Origin: Cyanophora paradoxa CCMP329 | Lineage: Eukaryota; Plantae; Glaucophyta | Direction: 5' to 3' | Length of the DNA stretch: 64,000 bases | Assembly: GCA_004431415.1 (NCBI GenBank) | Contig: QPMI01000103.1 | Location: 62,001-126,000 of the forward strand | Shown: positions 15,001 through 25,463 of the stretch, piece by piece | How positions within the stretch are numbered: position 1 is the stretch's first letter | Layout: each line of letters opens with the position of its first letter | The notes under the pieces: generated by a model | Seen by the model: the letters and a program-made list of their open reading frames with translations, nothing else | Database searches by the model: none | What the model was told of the DNA's origin: nothing | Translations under genes and position numbers: made by a program

Positions 15001-17269
15001 GCTTTTATCCGCCCCAGTCGAGTTGGCCACCCACACCTTGAAGTACATCGCCGTGCTGTTGATCCCCAATCTGCGTATGCAGCCGCAGTTTAATATAGAT
15101 AACTCTAAATTTAAATTTCAAAGCACTATGCACGTGGCCGGGAGGGCCGAATGTTTCTGAAATCATCGCGCACGGATAAACGGCGCGGTCGGCGATCGCT
15201 GTCTGAGCAACGCCGATGGCGACGCCGGTTGTCTGCAGAGCGTGCACAAATATCCGGTACTCCAGCGTGTAGAGCTTGTTTCCGCTCTTGGACTCGATGA
15301 CGACTTCATAGCCCGTCAGCGACGTGATGTCGTACTGCAGGCTGCTGTCCTTGGTCCATTCCTCGCCGTTGGCCCACGTCCATGCAGCTGGGTCGGGCGG
15401 CGGCGGCGGAGCTTCTTCACCCTCGACGGGGGCTTCAACGGGTGCCGGCTCCTCTGCCACGCTCACGTTCCAGTCTATTTTGCGGTGTCGGATACGCCAA
15501 GAGGCTCCCGACGCGTCCGCATTGACCATAATCGACGAGGGCGAGAACTCTTCTCTCGAAACTGTGCATGCAAATGCAAACGCGTCATTCCAAGCGATCT
15601 CGATGTCATGGCTTACGTGAGCTCGTGCACGTGCACGTTCGCAAGACCATATACATAATATAGAAAATTAAGTGCAGGCGAAAGCAAGCTTAAGGTGCAC
15701 GTGCCCGCGCAACGCACTCTGTTCGACAAAGCAGTCGTACGGCCCTGTAAAAGTCTTTTTGTATCCCTGCAAAGCGAGTTAAATGTGAAGCCGGGCCGGG
15801 GTCGCTCCGAGGCTCGAAAGTCAAGGTTCAATGTCACGCGCGCAGACCGGGTTGTTCAGGTCGGCAGGATTGATGAGGTCTGAGAGAGATTCGCGTGCAT
15901 ATGTTATTGCAAATTTTCCAGATTCCAAGTCATTGTGCATCAAAAAACTGAGCACCAACGACGGCAGCCCCCAGTACTTTGACCTGGTCGAGCTTCGGGT
16001 CCGTCCCCGTCGGCGAAAAATGAAGGACCTGAAAAATGCGCCTTAGCGTGACATGGATTCTGGATGAGATATCGTATACATATGCATTTGAATATTAAAC
16101 TTCGAACTTCGAGCGCACCAATTTAAACTCTTGCCCGTCGATCAACACGCGCCGGCGGATGCGGCCGTCGTTCGTCGTTGGCGTGACCTCCGGCGTGGGC
16201 GTGTGCGTCGAGTCCGGCGTTGGCTCCGGCGTTTGCTCCAGAGGCCCGGGCTCGGGTGTAGGGGCGACCCCTTCATAGCTCGCGTCTTCGCCCTGTGAAA
16301 CGTCCTCCGCTTGCCTCGGATCCTCCACGAACCTGCATGCACGCGCGCGATTTAGTGCCAACATTGATGTCAATATATGCTGGCTTCGAATTCCGCACAT
16401 GAGGATGAACGTGCGCGACGTGCCGATGGAAGAAGAGAAGTTCATGCTTCGGCGAGCAGATATTTCGAACGTGAATCGCTTGTAGGCGATGTCAGGGAAG
16501 AGCGGGTCCGTCGTAATGATATCAGACCCATTCGCGACGAAATCATATTTCCCTGGATGCGCGGAGTGGTTATAGATAATCGTTGAGCAAGAGAGCAGAC
16601 GTCGACCGATATATATAGATTATTCAAATTCAAACTTTCGTACCGGGCGAAATCCGAGCATCCCGCGTGCGCACCTCGGCTCCTGGGCCAGGCCAAAGGA
16701 TGGCGAGCTCAACGGAACCGCAATCGAGCGCATTGGGGCACATCCAGTCAAAGTAGCACTGCACGCTTGTATCCATGTATATAGGATCATCAACGGCGTG
16801 GCCATGTTCTGCGTAAGCGAACGCGTGCATGTCAACTTTCGCGGTATCCTTGCAATATTCAATTGGCCGATGCGCATGCGATGTTCGAGATCGCACAAGA
16901 TTGCCGATTAATATTTGCGCAAGTCGAACGCATTCGCACCGCACACCACTCCCCGAGCGTCGGGGGTGATGAGTCCTCCAAGTGGAGGCAAAGACAAACT
17001 AATGTTGACGGGCGTGAGTGCTGCGCACGCGCGCAAGCAATAAGCATGGGATCCAGGAGGATCGATATCAAACACGTTTTTCCGCAAACAAACACCGCAC
17101 GTGGAGTAAAAGGACTGACTGGCGGGTTTACTGCCTCCGCTTCAAGAACTTGCGAGGCCGTAATTGCGATCATGAGCACGGTAAAAGCGATCGCGGCATC
17201 GGAGACCGCGGCTGGCCATGGCTGTGGCCATGGAGTCCGGCAATACGCAGCTGGACGCTTCCGTCGCAT
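1..17269 (-). CDS. Giant multi-exon secreted/cell-surface protein with tandem Cys-paired Ig-like beta-sandwich repeats (3' end beyond the window)
   Basis: ATG at 17269 is followed by a hydrophobic signal-like stretch (AAIAFTVLMIAITASQVLEA). Dozens of GT-AG bounded exons carry a recurring ~100-aa unit C-x3-R-x3-G-x4-C...(S/P)xLxxxD(F/L), e.g. LSCPSRLTRNYVASCSI (~13630), LSCTRTRVVYSSTIACEASINPGSPNLLSSDL (~4600), FTCPRTRMGKGQTVNCT (~3570), LRCSRPRVALGRQVQCAILKDSNSPNLATSDF (~1880), LNCTVRRREGLPVNCTLAPAPGSPALRASDF (~155). Many NxS/T sites. Single-gene continuity is inferred, not checked at every junction. Confidence 0.75.
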
Positions 17270-18214
17270 CTTATAATTACGCTGCAGCTGCGCATGCTGT
17301 TGGCCGGACGGGAACACGGCGAGGGTCATCCCGGCCGGCATGCACTGCGACAGCCGAGATACTGTTCACCCGTGTGCGCGCGCTCACAAATTAGATGGCG
17401 CCGCCCACCGTTTTCAGAACTGGCTGGCAGCGGCTGACTATGGGAAATTCTAAATCTCCTTCGGCTTCTTGCCTTTCTCGGTATCGGCTGGCAGCTGCAG
17501 CGTCCGCATGCACACTGTGTGCGACAGGCCCTGAGGATGACAGCTGCAGCCTGCAAATAATACTATGATACTAGTAGTACGAGCCTGCAGTGGCCCTGCA
17601 CCCTGCACCGGCCTCAAGCCTGTAGCGTGTACCGCGCGCCGCGCGTGAAGTCGCCGTGAACTCGGAAGCTTAAGTCGCCGCGGCCGCGAAGAACCGTCGG
17701 CTCCGAGGCTCCGGGGGAGCCTCGGAGTCCGACGGACTCGGACGTACGGACGCGCAGGCGGCGCAGCTCAACCGTGAACGGCAGCTGCAGGCTGTGCATA
17801 TGCGCTAGCGCTGCCGCCGCTGCGCGCGCGCGGCGTACGCGTGCGCGCGGCGCATGACCCGCCGCTCCGGTAGCTACTAGCCTATAGCTCATTAGGCCCT
17901 ACTACTAGGCTAGCTAAAGCGCATGGCATGGGTCATGACTCACTGAGTCATGATGCCCGTGATGCAGGCTCATTCATGATGCAGCGCGCGCGCGCGCGGC
18001 GCGTGCGCTAGCGCATCATCGATATATATCAGTGATTCGAATCGAATTCATCACTGATTCATCACTGATTCACCAAGGGCAGCACCACGTATATATAATA
18101 TATATATACCGCATCCGGTGCTGCAGGCTGCAGCCGGCCCGGCGGGGCCTGCAGGCAGTACCCAGTACTAGCCAATAGGATCTACTAGCTAAGTCTAGCT
18201 AGCAGTGCCTAGCA

Positions 18215-18504
18215 CTGTTAACTTAGTAAACGTGGGAAACTTCGACGTCGACAGCGTCTTAAGCATTATTTCGTCTATATTCGTCAGACCTGCAGTTTGA
18301 CGAATAATTGAAATGTTTAACTGTTGAACTGAAATTTTGTAAAGGGGTACTAACGGCTGACCCGTCTATGGCGGAGCGCGCACTAGCTAGAGCTGACGAA
18401 AATATGATATCGATGCTGTCGATTCAGTGTCGAACCATCGTTTCGTCACGCGATATTCGGGTTTTGTCGAAATTAAGTCTCGACGAAAATTTCTACGTTT
18501 ACAG
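18215..18504. mobile_element. Degenerate Tc1/mariner(pogo)-type MITE
   Basis: Right end ...GACGAAAATTTCTACGTTTACAG|TA is an imperfect inverted copy of left CTGT[taacttagt]AAACGTGGGAAACTTCGAC. It has the same CTGTAAA terminus as the 22287 element. Confidence 0.5.
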
Positions 18505-18596
18505 TACGCGTCTGCCGGCCGCGCCGAGACCACCGACTGCGGCCAATGGCAAGTTCGAATTATACATGAATATTAATCATAACATGATCGCCATTG

Positions 18597-18700
18597 ATCG
18601 GTGCCAAGTAAGTTGAAGTAACGTACTAGTATAATTAATTAATTAATTAATTAATTAATCGGTGCCAAGTAAGTTGAAGTAACGTACTAGTATAATTAAT
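18597..18700. repeat. Tandem duplication (period 61) with (TTAA)n spacer
   Basis: ATCGGTGCCAAGTAAGTTGAAGTAACGTACTAGTATAATTAAT at 18597 and 18658; the core CCAAGTAAGTTGAA recurs at ~19900. Confidence 0.9.
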
Positions 18701-19898
18701 CAGGCGAAGCCTCTTTCTCAAACCCAAAAACCGCCGATATAAATTCCTTTTTTAACCTTTTTTTCCACTCAAGATCCCCCCCGCTAAATAATTTCCGCGT
18801 CGCACTCCCTCGAGGACGAATTATTAATTCTGCCTCGACACGGACGCGATTGCCGCTAATGACTCAGCTACCCTAACCCCCACAGACCTCTCTAGATCCA
18901 TTTTTAGCGTCGTGGCTCCCCTAAGACGACCGCTCGCCCGTGGGCGTCGCGCGAAAATCGAATTTCCCTCTGGATCAATTCCGGTACTTAACCTCCGACA
19001 AATGCAGTCCGAGTCAGAAGGTGGGACCCGGTCCCGCCCGGTCCCGCGACGAAATCGCGCCAGGGACGCCCCAGAACGATACAGAATGCCGCGCGAGGGC
19101 GAGCGCATCGCCGCAAGCTCGATTTCAAGCGCCGTCGACGCTCCAGTGCGAAGAGTCGGCCGAAAATTTGATCCAGCGCTAGCCGGTCCCGCCCGGTCCC
19201 GCGACGCGCGCAATCGATGCGTACTGGCGCGCATGGACATAGCAGGGCCTGCGCACCCCCGAAATCCGCTTTTCGGAGCCGGAACAGCGCAGGAAGGTAC
19301 CCGACGGCCAAAATTCGATCCTGCACGCGCCCTGACATCTTTCCGCGCGCCCACGCCGCGGCGCATGCGCGGAACGATAGCATAAGCATTTAAGATGTAG
19401 GCAAAGTCTTCCGCACGCTTTGCGTATGCGACGGGCCGCGAGGACCCAGCCGACCCCGAAAATTCGATCCTGCATGGACCTGCACATCTTTCCGCGCGCC
19501 CTCGCCTCGAGCTCCGCAGCCCCGCACATCGATGCTATAGCTATATGCATTCAAGATTCTGTTTAAGCGATTCGCAAGCTCTGTGCATGCGCCTGGCCGC
19601 GAGAACCTTGCCCCTCCCGGGCCTCCCTCTCAACAATATTATATATAATTCATCTCCTCTAATCTCAACCTGCTCCGGCCTCCCTTTATTTCCTCAGTAC
19701 ATTAATATTCCTCTAGTTATATTCCTCTAGCCGGCCAGCGGTAGCTGGACTGGCCGTCAGCCGGCCAGCTTCCAACCAGAAAGCTGTTCGCGATCGGCCA
19801 GGCCGCTGGCCAGTGCCCTATAGGCCTACTGTGACAGCCGCGAGGGCGTCCGCGAGGCTTCGCCGTACTTAGTGCTCCGCAGGAGCACGGATCTTGTT
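18701..19898 (+). mobile_element. Non-autonomous Helentron/Helitron2-like element (HINE-like)
   Basis: Asymmetric subterminal inverted repeats GGCGAAGCCTC (18703-18713) and GAGGCTTCGCC (19854-19864), then hairpin GTGCTCC-GCA-GGAGCAC (19872-19888) and terminus GGATCTTGTT. Internal ~150-bp diverged repeats (AAAATTCGATCCTGCA..ACATCTTTCCGCGCGCC; CCGGTCCCGCCCGGTCCCGCGAC x2). Confidence 0.6.
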
Positions 19899-20636
19899 AC
19901 CAAGTAAGTTGAAACCGCGTTAATTAACGCCGCAGTAATTTAGTGCCCGACGGTACTACAACTTGTCTCACAGGCTTGTCTACAAGTAGTGTCACAGTGT
20001 GCCACCGTTGCCACGTATTATCATAGTATTGTGACGTATACAAGTCGGAGCCTGCGAGACTCGGATATCGATCCGGATCGCCGAGTCGGAGTCTCCATCG
20101 GAGCCGACTCGGAGGATCGACGTCGGAGTCGGTCGGACGCGCGGAGGCTCTCAGTGCTTCTCAGTGTTCTCACCTCCAAATCCACTCCGAAGCGTTTTTT
20201 TTTAATCTGTCCTGTCCAATGCCGCTGTCGCTTTTGCTTAAACGCCAGCCTCTGGCAGCTGAGAACCTGGGCCGGCGGTACCGAGTACATAACTCTGCGG
20301 TGTACACATTCGAATTTCAGAAATTGCGAATCGTTTTTTGCGATTGAGGGAATTTGTTTTTCGTCATCGTTTTCCTTTCGTTTTTGCTCCGTCGTAAGTT
20401 CTCGTAACGCCGTCGTTTCACCGGTACGTATGCCGGGCATTGCCGGCCGGCCTCCCGCCGTCGACGTCCGACGGACCGGCGACCGGGCGACGGTCCGGAT
20501 CCGGATCCGGAGTCCGGACTCCGGAGTCCAGACTCCAGAGTCCAGACTCGGGAGTCGGGAGTCCGGACTCCGGCCGGCGCCGCGGCCCGCGAGTCCGCCG
20601 GGCCGGCGGAGTAGTATAGGGTCTACTAGGCTATAG

Positions 20637-21149
20637 TAGGGCTGTGGTCGCTGGTGGTCGCTTCGCTCGCGAGGTTCCAGCGGCCGCTAACTTAGTAAGC
20701 TTGGCATTTTCCGCCAGCGAACCTCCTCGCTCAGCGTTTTATATGGCTGACAGGCGCCAAAAAAAGCTCCATCCCGCTTTTTTCTCATCTGAAGGTCGAC
20801 GTAGGTCGGCGTAGCCGATCAATCTTGCTAAATTTCGACTGTTTTCGAGCATCCAGGCGTTCCGCTTCGCCCAAAAGCAGCCTGCAGCTGGCCTCTACTG
20901 TATCTCGCAGAAATTGACAGATGGCACGCGGAACTAAGCATTAAATCTGCATTTGCGTACGCGCGCATTTTAAAAGCTTGCAATTGTACGAAATAAACTA
21001 AACGGAACAGATAGGTTTTCGGTTGGTTTTCAGCAGTTTTTCGACAGGTTTTGGCGGTACCCCCACCTCATCGACGGGCCAGCGACGGGCGCCACTCGCC
21101 GGGCTTCAGCGGCCGCTGGGCCCGGCCCCCCCCAGCGAGCACAGCTCTA
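20637..21149. mobile_element. hAT-like MITE
   Basis: 18-bp TIRs TAGGGCTGTGGTCGCTGG / CCAGCGAGCACAGCTCTA (2 mismatches); flanking 8-mers GGCTATAG / CTCTATAG look like a decayed 8-bp TSD; no ORF. Confidence 0.6.
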
Positions 21150-21325
21150 CTCTATAGCTAGTCCCGGACTACCGTACCGTGTAAGACTTAAAAATACCGC
21201 GCCACAAATCACCGCGTTCTAAATTAAAAGTTTTGCGCCGGTATATATACGTAGACGTTTTAGCGCGGTACCGAATTACTGCGTTTTTATCAAAGTGTTA
21301 GCAAAAGACAATTACTGCGCTACCA

Positions 21326-21505
21326 TTTTTTTTTTTTTTAAGATCTACGGCGGGCGTACCCACTCGTAGTACACAACGAGGATACAAGTCACGGTATCAG
21401 GAATCACGGGGATTCGAAGTACAACGAAGCGGAAACAGTAGGAACCGAACCCGGAAATCCGGGAGGTCGTAGCACGACCTTGTACCACTGCGCTAAAGCG
21501 CGGGT
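21326..21505 (-). mobile_element. tRNA-derived SINE
   Basis: Perfect 16-bp TSD AATTACTGCGCTACCA (21310-21325, 21506-21521); A14 tail; Pol III A box TAGCGCAGTGG (21495-21485) and B-box-like GGTTCGGTTCC (21451-21441); 3' stem-loop. Confidence 0.85.
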
Positions 21506-21665
21506 AATTACTGCGCTACCAAATTACTGACTTATAAATAAAAATATATATAACTATATTTGTTTTTGAGAGACTACGGAGACTACTGCGTACAGTAACA
21601 TATGCGAAAACATCTAATCTTAGCCGTTACTATATATGTATACTGCCAGGCCGGTTTTGTTAACG

Positions 21666-22225
21666 TTTTTGGTGAATTACCGGTACCGGCCACATGTACA
21701 GTCTCTAGTCTCTAGCTCTAGACATGTAAACCAGCATGCACACTAGTACTGCGGGGGCAGCCCATCATGCCAGGAGGCACAGAGACAACACTGAACGAAC
21801 AGAAGCAAAAGAACTAAGCCTTGAAGACAAGAGCGCGAAGAAGAACAAGACGAAGAGCCGATCGCGAAACCAACAATAACAGAAGAAAGACGTCGACACA
21901 GAGCCTGAGAGACAGATCTAGAAGAAACGACAAGCGAACGGGAGAAAGACCGAGCTCGAGACCGAGTAGATCGCGATCGGACATGTACATACGCGTCGGG
22001 CGCGATCGCGAAGAAGAAATATATTAAAGGTACCGTAGTACCATCAACCATCAACCGTTGAACATCTAAGGGGAACACATCACTAGCAGACGGAGACAAG
22101 ATTAATTGTAACGAAGGAGGACAGAAGTGAGAAAGATAAATCACAGGAAGCAGATTGGTAAGAGGAACAACATGTACAAGACAAAGAGGAGGCGGAGGCG
22201 AAGGGGGGGGGGGGGGGGGGGGTGA
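21666..22225 (-). mobile_element. Decayed 3' fragment of a non-LTR retroelement (family B, copy 2)
   Basis: Pyrimidine-rich on the minus strand; ends ...CCGGTAATTCACCAAAAA; alignable with 23017-23343 over several hundred bp. 5' boundary uncertain. Confidence 0.65.
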
Positions 22226-22286
22226 CAGCTCGAGGCCTAGGAGTACACAGAAAACGGATCAGGCCGGGCGCCGGCGGTACTACGTA

Positions 22287-22641
22287 CTGTAAAGCAGGAC
22301 TCCGGGAAATATTTAAGACCCCAAAATGTTTAGTAATTCCGGGGTTTGGCCGGTTTAGTAGGCCTAAAATAATTAAGAGTTAGTCGCGGAAGCCTTTACC
22401 AGGGGAATCCGGGGTGCACGTAGGCGCGGCGCGTGCCGCAGTGCAACGCGTACGGGGGGTGCTCAACGCCAGCGACGCCGCGCTCTTCTGCGTTTCCTTC
22501 GAGCAATTCACCTACGGCCGCGCCGACGTTACTGCGTACCCCTGGGCCTCGGGTTTAATAGTATCAAAAACTTTAGTACTCAGGCCGTAGAACTTTAGTA
22601 CTATTAATATCCAACCTCTTTAAATATTTCCTGCTTTACAG
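22287..22641. mobile_element. Tc1/mariner(pogo)-type MITE
   Basis: TA|CTGTAAAGCAGGA[ctccggga]AATATTTAA ... TTAAATATTTCCTGCTTTACAG|TA: about 22-bp TIRs with a TA target duplication. Confidence 0.8.
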
Positions 22642-23016
22642 TATACTGGCCCGTTAGCTCATCTCTCGCCCTTGATTTCTTACCTTAAACGTACGGACAC
22701 TCGAGCTTCGTGGCCATTCTTTTCATTAGCCGGATTAACATTGTATTGGTCCCGGGTCACCGTGTGTACATGTGCACGTGTGCGAATTGATCATGATCAT
22801 GATCATGTGTTGAAAGGCGGCTGCCAGGCTGGCATGCGCAGGACCGGCCGCGGTAACGTCGAACTCCAGCCAAAGAGCTCCATGGCCACAAGTTCTATAT
22901 GCAAGTTCTGTTAGCGTTGCTAAGGATACGTATACCTATACGTATACTACTGGTGAACTTTTCGGAATATGTAAGTAGGCTTGCCAAGTTGCAAATGAGT
23001 CGGCATCGCAATTCTT

Positions 23017-23343
23017 CTTGTGGTTCCCTCATGATCAGATGTTGATGGTATCTCTAGCTCTATAAATATAGCTAGCTCTTCTTCGTGTCTGTCATCCTCT
23101 GTCACTCGATCTGCTCGGTCTGGTTCGCTTATCGTTTCTTCTCGATCTGTCTCTGTGTCTTTCCTTTAATTTGTTATTGTCGATTTTGGCTCTTTGTCTT
23201 GTCTTTCTTCGATGCTCTAAATAGATCTTGTCTTAGTTACTTTGTTTCTTTTGTCACTGTGCCCCCTGGGCAGCCCGCGGCCCCGGCCCCGCAGTGCTGG
23301 TACCGGTGTCTAGAGACTGTGGCCGGTAATTCACCAAAAAAAG
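23017..23343 (+). mobile_element. 5'-truncated non-LTR retroelement 3' end (family B, copy 1)
   Basis: Ends TGTCTAGAGACTGTGGCCGGTAATTCACC-A7; flanked by direct repeat TCGCAATTCTT (23006-23016, 23344-23354). Confidence 0.75.
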
Positions 23344-23684
23344 TCGCAATTCTTTGCAACATTATGAAGTTACGAAGTTGAGCCGCTGATCATGAGCGTA
23401 AGAAGAAAGCTCGAAATTAAAAGCCCGCAGAGATCTAAAGCACTAGTTCCAGCTGCAGTTCAACGGTTACAAATCAATGATATCGGTATCGCGATCATCG
23501 GATCGATTGGCTCTGCCAGACCGTCGGACCGCAGCGCTAGCGGCGGCTGTAATTATTGTCGCGGGCGATCGCAAGACCAAGTCTGGCTAGAGCTTGGTCG
23601 GCTGGCCAGGGGCCGGGCCCGGCGTGGCCGCGGGCCATGGGCCGGAATCCGGCTATAGGCGTGGCCGGTCGCGACTTGACTTGC

Positions 23685-23740
23685 AATTCCCGGAATTGCC
23701 GGAATTGCCGGAATTGCCGGAATTGCCGGAATTCCCGGAA
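23685..23740. repeat. 9-bp minisatellite (CCGGAATTG)n within the LTR (second copy ~28490-28545)
   Basis: Directly visible in both LTRs. Confidence 0.95.
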
Positions 23741-23770
23741 CCCAAGTCGGAACCCAAGCCACAGGACCGT

Positions 23771-24463
23771 ACTAGTGGCCCGGCCGCGTTTTGGCGCGCC
23801 GGGGGTGCAAGGGGGGAATCTGGATCTAATGAAAGAGTAGTAGTGGCTCGAACATGCACGGCCCGGCGGGGCAGATATAGATCGACCCCGGCCCAGCGCG
23901 CGCGGCAGGTTGAAGTAGTGAAGCGCGAGGAAAAGCTACGCGGTACGGGCCAATCTGGCCCACGGGCTGCGCGTGCTTCGGTGCACGTGCTGCGGTGCAA
24001 GCTTGATGCAGTCAAAAGTAGAAAGGCGTACGCAACGCACTGCGAGGAAGCCGAAATCTACAGGAGACAGCTAGCTATAGGGAGAACTGGTTCCATACAG
24101 AGCCGCGGAATGAATTCGAAGACCGGAATGACTCAGTGAGAGACTCTGCATGAGAGAAGTTGGTTTCCAGGCTTCAAGTCGAGGAAAACTGGTCTTCGCT
24201 AGAACCGCGGAAGGAATTCGAAGACCGGAATGAGAGAGAAGTTGGCTTCCAGGCGTCAAGGCGAGGAAAACTGGTCTTCGCCCTCGAAAACCCCTTTTTG
24301 CATGGACGGCCGCAGCGACAAACACGTGTCGCTCCCACCGAATTTCGGCACATTTTTGTTGCAAACTGGACCTCGAAAACGGCCTCATAGAAAACTTTTG
24401 GCTGAAGCGAGGGAACGGGAAGCAAGGGGGGGAAGACCTTCGGTCTTCTTTTCCCCCCTTGCA
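23771..24463 (-). mobile_element. Non-autonomous Helitron/Helentron-like insertion in the 5' LTR
   Basis: Absent from the 3' LTR (empty site GACCGT|ACAAGC), no TSD. The minus strand starts TGCAAGGGGGGAA within a hairpin and ends TTCCCCCCTTGCA, then hairpin CCCGGCGCG..CGCGGCCGGG, then CCACTAGT. Internal direct repeats at ~24110-24280. Confidence 0.75.
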
Positions 24464-25463
24464 ACAAGCTCAACAACTAGAAAATACTTGCTAGTTTGCA
24501 ACACGCGCGGATTTAGGGCTAGTATAAGTAGCCGCTTTCCTGCCAAAGTTGTCATTCTTTGTGAGGCGCACAGCCTCGAAATACTAGCAGCGAAACTCTG
24601 CCATTTTGCATCTGCAACTTGGGAGCACATCAGGGGCGGGCTAAGCATTAAGGGAACATCGTCAGGGATCAGAGATCCAGGTCTGTAATTACTCTGTTAT
24701 TAGGCCTCTGGTTACAAACTTGAAACCCCTAGACTATATCTGGGCCTTGCCCGGATTTAACCAGACGCTTAATACGTGGGGGCTGCTCAAAACTTTCAGC
24801 TAGCTCTTCAAAGCTAGCTGGCCGACCTCTACGTCGCGATGCGCATAGCTGCTGCGCATGCGGAAGTCGCTGCGTACTGACCGGAGCCTTTGCGCATGTT
24901 CGCGACTCCTACTATCAACTCGGCGCTACCTGCTGCGCGGGTGAGCGGACGCTACCGCGCGCCAGCGCTACGCGTCGCTTTAAAAGATGCGTATATGGTC
25001 GCTCTGCCGGGGCTAGCTACTAGGCTAGCGCTCTAGCAGCCGTGCCGGCGCCCCGGCATGCGCACGCGCTCGCGTACGTCTGCGCCGCGACCAGTGTCTG
25101 ATCCGGGCCTGCTCGACGCAGCGTTCAACGGTTCGCATCACAGGCCTAGGCCGGATCGGATTCTGCGGCGCGAGCGCACTCTACAGGCGCGGCATCGCCG
25201 GCCGACGGGCGCCGAGCTCGCCGATTCGACGCCGAGCTCGCGGGGGCCGCCGGGCGCGCTATAGCTAGCTCCGAGGCTCGGGCCCGGGCTCCGGGGCGCC
25301 GTCGACGTCGATCAACGCGCGCCGTGGCGCGCGGGCGAGGAATCGGAAACGCTAGAGCTAGCGCTAGATCTAGAACTAGTCGGATCGCCGGGAGCGGACC
25401 TGCTCGGCGGTTCAAACGGTTCGCTGCGGAATTCTGCTGCGGCGGACGTGTTTCGAGTTCGAA

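Noticed and set aside
1-17269. Alternative genetic code or endogenous virus to explain the fragmented, lower-GC ORFs
   Set aside because: Breaks I checked are explained by ordinary GT-AG introns; no capsid, polymerase or packaging ATPase motifs seen.
18871-18880. Telomeric CCCTAA
   Set aside because: Single unit, no array.
21430-21505. Possible tRNA gene
   Set aside because: A/B boxes are present but I could not fold a full cloverleaf; the poly-A tail and 16-bp TSD identify it as a SINE.
21666-23343. Large TIR transposon formed by the inverted pair
   Set aside because: Both arms end in oligo-A and one has its own TSD, so they are independent retroelement insertions in opposite orientation.
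23594-23770. FPELPELPEL repeat protein
   Set aside because: Translation of the 9-bp LTR minisatellite, duplicated in both LTRs; no evidence it is coding.
24110-24285. CRISPR-like spaced direct repeats
   Set aside because: Only two or three irregular copies inside a Helitron-like element, no unique spacers or cas genes, and a eukaryotic context.
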